Part shown: one piece after another, positions 39,463 to 49,500 of the stretch
Layout of the letters: every line of letters begins with the position of its first letter
How positions within the stretch are numbered: position 1 is the first letter of the stretch
Virus record (IMG/VR): IMGVR_UViG_3300010388_000214
Span: 31,626 to 95,625 of that record
DNA: 64,000 bases
Reading direction: 5' to 3' (one strand)
DNA from: a virus
Lineage: Duplodnaviria; Caudoviricetes
The notes under the pieces: generated by a model
What the model saw: only the letters and a program-made list of their open reading frames with translations
Told to the model about the DNA's origin: nothing
The model's database searches: none
Program-made: the position numbers and the translations under genes

Positions 39463-39774
39463 ATGTCTACAACTATTAACGAAGACAAGAAGATTACGCT
39501 TGTTGACGGACGAGAGTTATCTGTAAGACCACTACGTATTTCACTACTTAAGCCTTTTATGAAGAAGTTTGATGAAATCCAGGCAGTAGCTTCGGACAAC
39601 GAAAAGTCTATGGATATCTTGCTTGATTGCGTGGATATTGCTATGCAGCAGTATGCTCCAGATCTAGCAGGGAATAGAGAGAATCTGGAAGATCTACTAG
39701 ATCTACCAACGGTGTACAAGATTGTTGAAGAGGCTTCTGGTTTGAAGCTTTCTGACGTAGCTGGCATCGCATAA
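39463..39774 (+). CDS. tail assembly chaperone, short (G-like) form
   Basis: paralogous to the upstream gene; SD AAGGAGG; own -10. Confidence 0.75.
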   Translation: MSTTINEDKKITLVDGRELSVRPLRISLLKPFMKKFDEIQAVASDNEKSMDILLDCVDIAMQQYAPDLAGNRENLEDLLDLPTVYKIVEEASGLKLSDVAGIA

Positions 39775-39797
39775 TCTAAAAAGGGAAGTGCAAATGA

Positions 39798-42700
39798 ATG
39801 GCTGATGTCGAATCCAATATCAATATTGATATTAATACATCCGATGCTTTAGCCAGCCTACGCACCCTTCAGAGAGAAATCTCTAACTTCCACCAGGTCA
39901 TGTCCAAGACTGGTGCAGTCTCTAACTCAAAGCTTGCAGACATGCAGCAGAATCTCATTAATGGGATTAACTCTACTGGCAAGTTTACAGCAACTCTACA
40001 AAGAGTTACCACTACGACGGAATCCTTCACAAATGCTCTTGAGAAGAATAAGCTCTCAATGGGGCAATACTTCAGGTATGCTGCTGGTTCTACCAAGACA
40101 TTTGGAAGGCTTTTCCGTACCGAGTTTGACACCATCGACAAGGTGGCTCGTGAAAGAGTAAAGACTCTACAAACTCAATACATCAAGCTTGGCCGTGACG
40201 CAAGTGGTGCTATGAAGGCAATCGCTGTTCGTCCACAAGTTCTTGACATGGAAGATCTTGGTACAAAGACTGCCATTGCTGCTCAAAAGGCTCAGCTATT
40301 CAATCAGCTTATGAAGCAGGGTTCTACAGACCTTCTCAACTTTGGTAAGAACACTCAGTGGGCTGGTCGTCAGCTCATGGTTGGTTTTACCATTCCACTT
40401 GGAATTATGGGTGCTGCCGCTGCCAAGGAGTTTAAGGCAATTGAAGAGCAGGTTCTTAGACTTGAGCGTGTTTATGGTGACTTCACCACCACAATGGCTG
40501 ACACAGAAAAAATCACAGAACAGGTTAAGACTCTGGCTGGTGAGTTTACAAAGTATGGCGTCTCCGTCGCTAAGACAATGGGTCTAGCTGCAGATGCAGC
40601 AGCAATGGGTAAGACTGGTGCAGACCTTATTGCTCAGGTATCAGAAGCTAATAGACTTGCCGTTCTGGGTGGGGTAAGTCAAGAGCAATCTCTAGAGACC
40701 ACCATCTCCCTGACTAACTCTTTTGGTATTGCCGCAGACAAACTTTCTGGTAAGATCAACTTCCTTAACGCAGTTGAAAACCAAACCGTAACATCTATTG
40801 AAGACCTGACAGAGGCAATCCCCAAGGCTGGTCCCGTTGTTCAGCAATTAGGTGGTACAGTAGAAGACCTTACATTCTTCCTTACAGCTATGAAGGAAGG
40901 TGGCATTGACGCATCCGAAGGTGCTAACGCACTCAAGTCTGGTTTGGCATCTCTTATTAACCCAACTGGCGAAGCTGTCGATATGCTCAATCAGTTTGGA
41001 ATTAACATTGAGGCTATTCGTGACAAGAATGCTGGAGACGTTACTGGCATGGTTCTTGAGTTTGCACATGCCCTCGAAACACTAGATCCTCTGCAAAAGG
41101 CACAAGCCATTGAAACAATGTTTGGTAAATTCCAGTTTGCACGTATGTCGACACTGTTCCAAAACGTTATTGCCGAGGGTAGCCAAGCAAGCAGAGTACT
41201 AGACCTAACTAAGCAAAGTGCAGCAGAGCTAGCAGTACTATCTCAACGAGAGCTTAGCCGTATTTCAGCTTCCCCACTCTACCAGTTCCAGGGAGCCATC
41301 GAAGACTTTAAGGCAGCACTTGCTCCAGTGGGAGAAACCTTTATGCAGGTTGTTACTCCTATTATTAAGTTTGGTACTGATATTCTAAATAAGTTTAACG
41401 AAATGGATAGCGGAGCAAAGCAGTTCCTGTTAACCATTGTTGGTGCGGTAGCAGGTATTGGTCCTGTACTTCTTATGACCTTCGGTCTGGTTGCTAACGG
41501 TGTAGCTAACCTTATCAAGGGCTTCATGCTTGTAAAGAATGTCTTTACTGGTACGGGAAGTGCTAGCAGTTTGCTTGCTGAGCAAACCCAATACATGACC
41601 AATGAGCAGCTTGAGGCCGCAGCTGTAGCTTCTTCTCTTGGACAGGTACACACTAAGCTTACCCAAACATTTAATGCAGAGACAGCAGCAGTAAGAGAGC
41701 TTGCAGCAGCTTATGGATCTGCGGTTGCACAACAGGGTGCATTCATGGGACCAATCACTACTCGTGGTGGTGGAACAAAGAAGGCAAAGGGCTTTGCTTC
41801 TGGCGGAATCTTTAGTGGCCCAGGTACTGGAACCTCAGACTCTATCATTGCTAGAGTTTCTAATGGAGAGGCTATCATTCCAGCAGCTACAGTCAAGAAA
41901 TTCCCAGATCTTGTTAATGGTTTGATCTCTGGAAACATTCCTGGTTTTGCTAAGGGCGACATCATTAACGAGCTTAGAAGAAAGAACCGTGGAGCACCAC
42001 AAGCAATCATTGACTCAATTTCCCCAGAAGACTATATGTTTGAATCTCTTACAGAAGAAGAGGACGCATTCATTGCAGCACTTAGACGAGAGGGTGCAGC
42101 TGAGGGACTAAGTCAGGCAGAGATTGATAAGCAGATTGAAAACTTAACTGGAAGAATTACAGGAAAGCAAAGACTTGATCGCTCTCACATTGGAAAGACA
42201 ACAACAGAGTACAACGTTGGTGGAAGTCCTATGGCAATGAAAGACTGGAGAACTCAGGATATACAGGTTGACCAGCGTGGCGTTAACCAAATCTTAGCCA
42301 ACCTTCAGGAAATGACTTCTGAGCCAGGTGCTGGAAAGGGGTCGTACCTGAAGAGTCTAGATCCAAAGGTATTAGCAGGAATTGCTGGCGTAGACCCCAA
42401 GAATCAAAAAGCAATGAAGGAATTTACAGCGGCTGTTGAAGATCTAGCTAATGGGGGACACCCAACATCACGTGCTGGATACCAGGCATATCAGGCAATG
42501 ACTCAATATACTGCAGAGAACACTACAGGAAACTCAAAGCAGGCAAGAGGCAGAAGAGTTAGAATGAAGGCAGCCTCTGAGCACGCAAGGTTTAGACTTG
42601 CCGATACTGGTCCAGGATCATACATTGCAGAGCTTGAAGCTGGAAGAATGTCTCCAAAGGCTGACCAAGCAGCAAATGAAAAGGCTAGACAACAGCAGGA

Positions 42701-45700
42701 AGCAGCGGTCACAAATGCTAATGCTAGAATTGCAGCGGAAAAGGGCGAACAGGCAAAGGTAGAGAAGAAGACTACAAAGACAGCAAAGAAGCGTCAGAAG
42801 GCTGAAGAGGTTGTTGCTAAGAGTGAGTCTGAAAAGGCGAAGGCAGCAACAGCAGCAAAACGTGACCCACGCCAAGCATTTGAGGTAATGGAAAACGGTA
42901 GATACCGTGACCCAATTACTAATAGATTTATTAGTACCGAAGAAGGAAAGCGTAGAGAGAAGAATAAGGCTCGTAGAGACGCCAGAGCCGCAGCTAAGGC
43001 TGCTGGGCCACAGACTGCTGCTCAACCCAGTAAGTCTGCAAGAGGTAGCCGAGCAGCTGGATTCGTAGGTAAGGCTGGTATCGGAGGCATGGTTGCTTCT
43101 GGTGCACTGCAAGGTGCCTCTATGATGGGTGGACCACTTGGAGATGTGGCTGGATCTATTGCAGGACCATTGTTTGCTGTATCTGGAATTGTTCAGGTTC
43201 TTCAGATGTTCCCTGGCGTGCTCGCAGCTATGACTGGTCCTATTGGCCTAGTGGTTGCTGGTGTAGCAGCTCTCGGTATTGGCCTGTATGCAATGCACGA
43301 TCAGCTACAAAAAACTCGTGAATCGGCAAGAGAAGCTGCTGGAGCAGTTAGTGTAGGCAACACAGCTATGCAAAAGTTTGCAGAAGCTACTGGTCGTGTT
43401 TCTGCAACCGAGCAGCTACAGCAACGCAGACAGTCCGCTATTGCTCCAACAGAGGGTGGATCTAACGAGTTCGGAACAGCTTACCTAGAGTCTGAAGCAG
43501 GCAAGGCCATGAAGAGTGGTATGCAGGCAGCTATTAAGGATCTAGGTACAAGCGAAGCATCAAAGCAATTTGGACTACAACTTGGAACTGCGGTAGCATC
43601 AAACATTCTTACTGCTGACGAGGCAACGCAAATTGCAGCGGTATTGGGAGAACAATTAGGAAACGAAAGCATTACAATTGGACTTGTTGGACAACTGGAA
43701 AGCATCATTGGTCCTAATGGTCAAGACCTAAAGAATAGCCCAATGGATGTTAAAACTAATTTAATTGCTCAAACATCAAAGTCAGCCATGGGAACTCTTG
43801 CAGACATCGCAGATACTGGAATGGCAGCATGGGGCAGTGAAGATTGGAACGACATGGTTGCCGCTGAGCAGCGAGCAGGTATGGAACTAGGGGCAATGCG
43901 TGAGCAAGGCCAGCTACTTATTGATGATCTACAGCTACAGCATGAAGCGAGACTTGACAATCTTAAGGCTGCTGGAGACCTCCTGGGTATCGAAAAAGAA
44001 AATAAGACTTATGCAGAAGACCGCAAGAAGCTAGAAGATGAAACACGCAAGGCATCAGCGGCTTGGCTAAAAGAATTTAAAAAGGCACCAATGGCAAACC
44101 AGAATGCTATTATCGCCTCAGCCGCAAAGTCTGTAGAAGAGACATATGCAGGAACCGATAGTGAGGCAGCATCTAAGGATGCAATGAAAGCACTTGAGTC
44201 AAAGAAAACTGTTACATCACGTGGTGGCTCCGTTACTAAGAATGATTTCGATAATGAAACAAGAATGATTTTGACTACCGACATCCAGGCAGGTAATATT
44301 TCTCCAGAACAATTTGTAGAGTTGACAAAGTTTATGGATCCCGAAAAGAACGCTGGGTCATACAAAAAGCTTGCAACAATTTCAACAGAGCTTGGTGGTC
44401 CTGCAGCAGGTGTAATGGCAAAGCTTCTTCCACAGCTCGGAGACGAAGCAACAGCAAAGAAGGTTATTGCCTCTATTGATACAGAGAACCCAGAAGAAGC
44501 AAACAAGCTTATCAATACATACGACAGACTACAAACGCTGGCAGGCCAGGACGGTCTTGATCTAATTGTTAAATCTACCACAGACCCAAATGCAGCAGCA
44601 ACACTTGATAGGCTTGGATCTTCCTATGCTGCAATTGACCAACTTGTTGATGGTGCAGGCCCAATTACATTCCAAGCAATTACAGACTTAGACCTTCCTG
44701 GATTTAGTCAGCTTGCTGGAATGGAAGAGTACTTTGCAGGACTTGATCCAATGTCTACAAAGACATTCCTGAATAAATATGTAACCATGTACGAAACGGT
44801 TACAGATAAAGATGTGACTGCTTGGTACGCTAAGCAAAAGGGACTAACTGGAAACGGTGGCGTCACGTCAATTCGACAAGCGGAAAGAACTATGGGTAAG
44901 GTTACTCTTGCTACCATGAGAGCAGAGTATGCTAAGTGGGCTGGACAAAATGCGGTTACAGCATTCCAGGGACTAAACAATACCCCACCCCCACCACCAG
45001 CATCATCTGCTTTCTCTGGAGGCGGAGGAGGATCTCAGCCAGATTTGCCAACAGAAGCAGAAAGATATAACGCAGCTCTCGCATTGATCTCCGACCAAGA
45101 AGATGAAATCAATAAAAAGTACAATGCCAGACTTGAAGCACTTGCAGAGATTGAGAAGGCAGAGCAGGCTATTGCTGAGCAACAGAGAGACCAATTAGAT
45201 CTTGCCGATGCACTCACACGAGGAGACATCTCAGCAGCTGCACGTGCAATGCAAACAATGCGTGCAAACGAAGCTAAGAGAGCTAGAGAACAGCAGAAGG
45301 AAGCTCTTGAAAAGGCAAGAGAGGCAGAGCTTGCCAAGGCATCTTACGGTGGCTACACACGTGGCTGGTACGAGGCTCAGATTCAAAGAATTGAGAATGC
45401 AGAAAATGCAAGGGTAGCAGCTGGACAAGCAAGAGCTAACGGTGGATACATCTCTGGCCCTGGTACTGGTACATCTGATAGTATTCCTGCAATGCTTTCC
45501 AACGGAGAGTACGTAATTAGAGCAGCAGCGGTAAGAGCTTTTGGAATTGACAATCTTAATGCAATCAACGGAATGAACATCGGTGCTTTTGCAAAGGGTG
45601 GTTTGGCTGCTTCTCAAGCAAGAGCAAGAGCAAACAAGATGGCTGCAATGGTTTCAGCTGCAAGAGAAAGAGCACGATTTGCGTCCAGCCCAGCTGCACC

Positions 45701-45935
45701 AGCCTTCGGTTCTATGCCAGCATCAAGAACTCCTGCTCCAAGAGATATGGTTACTCAGGCACCGGCAAGAGCTGCGTCGCCAACAGCTTCTAACCAGAGC
45801 AATTCAGTGTATAATTATAGTGTTAATGTTAATTCAGGCTCGGGTACAAACCCCAACCAGATTGCAGCAGCAGTCATGAAACAGATTAGAAACCTGGAAG
45901 CTAGTAAGGTAAGGAGGAACTACATAAGTGGCTAG
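39798..45935 (+). CDS. tape measure protein
   Basis: 2045 aa, Ala-rich and helical; TP901-type core; TM-like segments; two GPGTGTSDSI motifs. Confidence 0.92.
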   Translation: MADVESNINIDINTSDALASLRTLQREISNFHQVMSKTGAVSNSKLADMQQNLINGINSTGKFTATLQRVTTTTESFTNALEKNKLSMGQYFRYAAGSTKTFGRLFRTEFDTIDKVARERVKTLQTQYIKLGRDASGAMKAIAVRPQVLDMEDLGTKTAIAAQKAQLFNQLMKQGSTDLLNFGKNTQWAGRQLMVGFTIPLGIMGAAAAKEFKAIEEQVLRLERVYGDFTTTMADTEKITEQVKTLAGEFTKYGVSVAKTMGLAADAAAMGKTGADLIAQVSEANRLAVLGGVSQEQSLETTISLTNSFGIAADKLSGKINFLNAVENQTVTSIEDLTEAIPKAGPVVQQLGGTVEDLTFFLTAMKEGGIDASEGANALKSGLASLINPTGEAVDMLNQFGINIEAIRDKNAGDVTGMVLEFAHALETLDPLQKAQAIETMFGKFQFARMSTLFQNVIAEGSQASRVLDLTKQSAAELAVLSQRELSRISASPLYQFQGAIEDFKAALAPVGETFMQVVTPIIKFGTDILNKFNEMDSGAKQFLLTIVGAVAGIGPVLLMTFGLVANGVANLIKGFMLVKNVFTGTGSASSLLAEQTQYMTNEQLEAAAVASSLGQVHTKLTQTFNAETAAVRELAAAYGSAVAQQGAFMGPITTRGGGTKKAKGFASGGIFSGPGTGTSDSIIARVSNGEAIIPAATVKKFPDLVNGLISGNIPGFAKGDIINELRRKNRGAPQAIIDSISPEDYMFESLTEEEDAFIAALRREGAAEGLSQAEIDKQIENLTGRITGKQRLDRSHIGKTTTEYNVGGSPMAMKDWRTQDIQVDQRGVNQILANLQEMTSEPGAGKGSYLKSLDPKVLAGIAGVDPKNQKAMKEFTAAVEDLANGGHPTSRAGYQAYQAMTQYTAENTTGNSKQARGRRVRMKAASEHARFRLADTGPGSYIAELEAGRMSPKADQAANEKARQQQEAAVTNANARIAAEKGEQAKVEKKTTKTAKKRQKAEEVVAKSESEKAKAATAAKRDPRQAFEVMENGRYRDPITNRFISTEEGKRREKNKARRDARAAAKAAGPQTAAQPSKSARGSRAAGFVGKAGIGGMVASGALQGASMMGGPLGDVAGSIAGPLFAVSGIVQVLQMFPGVLAAMTGPIGLVVAGVAALGIGLYAMHDQLQKTRESAREAAGAVSVGNTAMQKFAEATGRVSATEQLQQRRQSAIAPTEGGSNEFGTAYLESEAGKAMKSGMQAAIKDLGTSEASKQFGLQLGTAVASNILTADEATQIAAVLGEQLGNESITIGLVGQLESIIGPNGQDLKNSPMDVKTNLIAQTSKSAMGTLADIADTGMAAWGSEDWNDMVAAEQRAGMELGAMREQGQLLIDDLQLQHEARLDNLKAAGDLLGIEKENKTYAEDRKKLEDETRKASAAWLKEFKKAPMANQNAIIASAAKSVEETYAGTDSEAASKDAMKALESKKTVTSRGGSVTKNDFDNETRMILTTDIQAGNISPEQFVELTKFMDPEKNAGSYKKLATISTELGGPAAGVMAKLLPQLGDEATAKKVIASIDTENPEEANKLINTYDRLQTLAGQDGLDLIVKSTTDPNAAATLDRLGSSYAAIDQLVDGAGPITFQAITDLDLPGFSQLAGMEEYFAGLDPMSTKTFLNKYVTMYETVTDKDVTAWYAKQKGLTGNGGVTSIRQAERTMGKVTLATMRAEYAKWAGQNAVTAFQGLNNTPPPPPASSAFSGGGGGSQPDLPTEAERYNAALALISDQEDEINKKYNARLEALAEIEKAEQAIAEQQRDQLDLADALTRGDISAAARAMQTMRANEAKRAREQQKEALEKAREAELAKASYGGYTRGWYEAQIQRIENAENARVAAGQARANGGYISGPGTGTSDSIPAMLSNGEYVIRAAAVRAFGIDNLNAINGMNIGAFAKGGLAASQARARANKMAAMVSAARERARFASSPAAPAFGSMPASRTPAPRDMVTQAPARAASPTASNQSNSVYNYSVNVNSGSGTNPNQIAAAVMKQIRNLEASKVRRNYISG

Positions 45936-46536
45936 TCAAACCTACATGCAGAACAGAGTTCAGTATAGTCGTCCCCAAGGTATGCTTTGGTCTAAGAACC
46001 CAGGCACACTTGTAGACGGAGTTTATCTTCCTAGCAACTCAGAGTACGGCTCAAGAAGCGGTACTGAAGAATTCCTCATTCTATCTGATCACAATAGAGG
46101 ACCAATAGACTTTGGAATTACACGTATTGAAACCAGACAAAGAATGGTTAACGGAAGAATGCGTTCATACCATGTTGCAGACAAGGTTACAATCGATGTT
46201 AGCTGGAACATGCTTCCATCAAGAGCCTTTAACATTAGACCTGGTTTTAGCACAGACGGAGAAACCCTTACTGGTGTAGTCGCTAACACAGCAGATGGTG
46301 GTGCAGGTGGAGAAGAAATGCTTGCCTGGTATGAAAACAACACTGAACCAATCTGGGTATTCTTGGCATACGACAAGTATCAAAACTTTGGTACAGACAA
46401 CGATGCCTACACACACTTGGGTCAATACAATCAAATTATTGAGATGTACATTACAAGCTTTGACTATACCGTTGTTAAGCGTGGAGGATCTAATCACGAT
46501 CTATGGAATGTTAGTGTCACTCTGGAAGAGGCATAA
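45928..46536 (+). CDS. distal-tail-like minor tail protein
   Basis: directly after the tape measure; ends V.LEEA. Confidence 0.65.
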   Translation: MASQTYMQNRVQYSRPQGMLWSKNPGTLVDGVYLPSNSEYGSRSGTEEFLILSDHNRGPIDFGITRIETRQRMVNGRMRSYHVADKVTIDVSWNMLPSRAFNIRPGFSTDGETLTGVVANTADGGAGGEEMLAWYENNTEPIWVFLAYDKYQNFGTDNDAYTHLGQYNQIIEMYITSFDYTVVKRGGSNHDLWNVSVTLEEA

Positions 46537-49500
46537 TGTTTCAGAATACTACTATTGCCGAGAAGATTAAAGACTCGTCTACTCTACACACTCAGTCACA
46601 GGTAATTGCTGAGTGGAACCTGAACTCCTTCGAAAACATTAAAAAGGTTGGTAACTATAGATACCGCCCAACGGTGTCAAGTCCAACACAAGCAAACTTT
46701 GGTGTAATTGCTTCAACCTATGATGCTCTAGATTCTCTCAACGCATACACTGGTGCAACAGACTCTGACATTGTAGTAGATGGGGGATATAACGAAAACC
46801 ACATTCCCCAAATCTTTCTGTCTCAGGATGCAAAAAAGACAATTCTGTATTCGCTAGAAGATTGTTTCTTTAGGTTTAGACCAAGATCTGGTATTAACAA
46901 AATCCTTTATTTGCCAGGTAAAAAGATTAATAACTCTGGTAGAGATATGTTTAGAAGACCACGATACTATGCGTCGTCACCAGAAGACAAGTTTAAGTAT
47001 TGGACATCGTATCGCAAAGAGGCTGGAGAGACTCAGGAAAAATTTTTCATCTCAAAAATTAAGGTAGTCAACACTCCATCAGTAATTGCAACCTTTACAA
47101 CATCTGCCACACACTCTTTTGTTGTTGGTGACAAAGTAATGATTAAAGACGGAACCCTACAGGACTTTAAGTTTTTGCCAAAAACATACACAATTCTTTC
47201 GGTTCCAACATCCACAACGTTTACTGTGTCTGAATCAGCTGAAACGTACAGTGAACTTAGCGGAGACATCGTAGGTTCTGGTGGTTTAGCCATCACTGTT
47301 ACAAACAACGAAACCGCCGACACCGTTGCCTACATTACAAGATTTTCTTCAGAACGTGGAATTTCTTTTCCAGGTGTGGTCAGCTCTGTTGCAGCAAACT
47401 ATATTGATGACGCCGCACCGTTTGTGGTTTATGAAAATCAAATACCAGCTAACAGACTTGTTGTCAAAATGCAAACAAATGTTGGACAGGTAAACTACGG
47501 AACATTTAAAGATGGGGCAACATCTTACTCAGATCCATTCTTTGGAGACGCAAATAAGACTGTACCCAAAACCTGGAAAATTCAGTATCTAAACGGCTCA
47601 AACTCTTGGGTTGACCTCCAGGGCAATGGCTCTTCCTTGTCGCTTACAGAGGCATCTGTGGCTGCTGACGGCTATCTGCAACTCGCCTACGGACTAATTG
47701 TTCCATCACAGTATGTTTCGTCATTTATCTACGCAGGAAGGTTTGCATCTGAAGCAATGCTTCCATCTGCAGCACCAGAAGGTTACGCTTACCTTATTCA
47801 GTCTGGCACAGGTATCGGCACATTCCACATCATGGTTAGCGGAGACTGGGAAACATTTACTCCAGTATATGGCTGGCAACCAGAGAGCGATGCTCCCACA
47901 AGACTAACTAACTACATTACAGATCTAGTATCTCCAGACTCTTTTGTTAGCGAAAGTGCGACGGTATACCGAGAGCTTCAGTATATTAAGGGATTACGTG
48001 TAGTGGTTACATCAATGAATACTCCACAATCAACTTTCGACCTTATTGAGCTATCCCCTAGAATTGCTGTAGATCTTACAGACAAGACATCTGGCGTAGA
48101 TATCTCTAAGGGAAGCTCTGATATTGGAAGCAGCGGACTTCTTGTAAGTGGACTTGTGGTTTCAAGCGGTAGCTTAGACATCTTTGATTATGACAACGCA
48201 TTTGGAGAATACAACGACGAAAGCATTCTGAACATTAAAAACGATTCTGGTGTAATTCAGTACAGCGTTGCAACAAAGAACCTTCAAGTAAAGATCTTTG
48301 ACATCCTTTATGATGATGACGGAATTGGGTACCACATTCCAATTAAGACTATGTATGCCGATGGTTTTCCAGAAGCATCCACTAGAACAAGAGAGGTATC
48401 CATCACCCTGAGAGACGGATTCTTCTACTTTGAGTCTATGACAGCACCAGAACTGTTATTTTCTGCATCATCTCTTAGTTTTATTATCGCTAGTCTGATG
48501 GACTCTATTGGTTTTACTAACTATCAGTTTAAACGAATTGATAAAAAGAGTGACCCAATTATTCCGCATTTCTTTGTCAGACCAAACGTTACTATAGCAG
48601 AGGTGCTAGAGTCACTAGCTTTGTCGACTCAGACAGCTATCTTCTTTGATGAGTATAACAATCTAACTCTAATGTCAAAAGAATATTTGATGCCAGAGCC
48701 TGCAGATCGTTCAGTAGACTACGTCTTTTACGGATCAAAAGATTCTCAAAAATCTTCGGACGGCATCATAAAGAATCAGAGAAACTCAAATGAGCTAGCA
48801 AACATTGTAGAGATATCCGCTAAAGATGAAGAGATATACAACGATGGCAAGATCACTTACTCTACAAGAAGTGTTCTAAAGAACTATTCTTCTCTAAAGC
48901 AGGCAAACCTTTCTGACGCAGATAAGACTTGGAAGTACCAGGCAGCTCTTCTTTGGGAAGTTGCTCCAGAAGAAAAGACAAAGCCAATTAACGATGATGG
49001 CGGAAACTCCTCTGGCTACACACTATCGTCGATCCCATTATCAAGTCAGCTGACCAGCACATTGCCAACCACAGTTCTTGGAATAATTACTGCAGCAACG
49101 CTTTCTCAAACTACTAGAGAGATCTCATACACCTGCAACAATTCATTTGTTCCAGGAGACATTGTAACGGTAACAAACTTTACAAACAATATATTTAATG
49201 TTGAAGGATTTAGGGTTAAGAGATCAACCTCGACATCATTTGTTGTGGATAGCAGATACAAGGAATCTATGTCAGCAGATATTTCTGGGGTAGTAAGATC
49301 TGGAGTAACCTCCACTGCAATTTGCATTAAGAACAATATCCTTGACTTCGGAGAGTCTGTTGTTTGGATGGGAAGACACAAGGGCTACTTCTACGCTAAC
49401 GGTGAAATTATCAGATATGATGCAATAGAGTACTCAGTTTCTGGTATCGGACTAGTATGGGTTACAAGTCCAACAGAGTACAAAAACTATTTTGGCAAGA

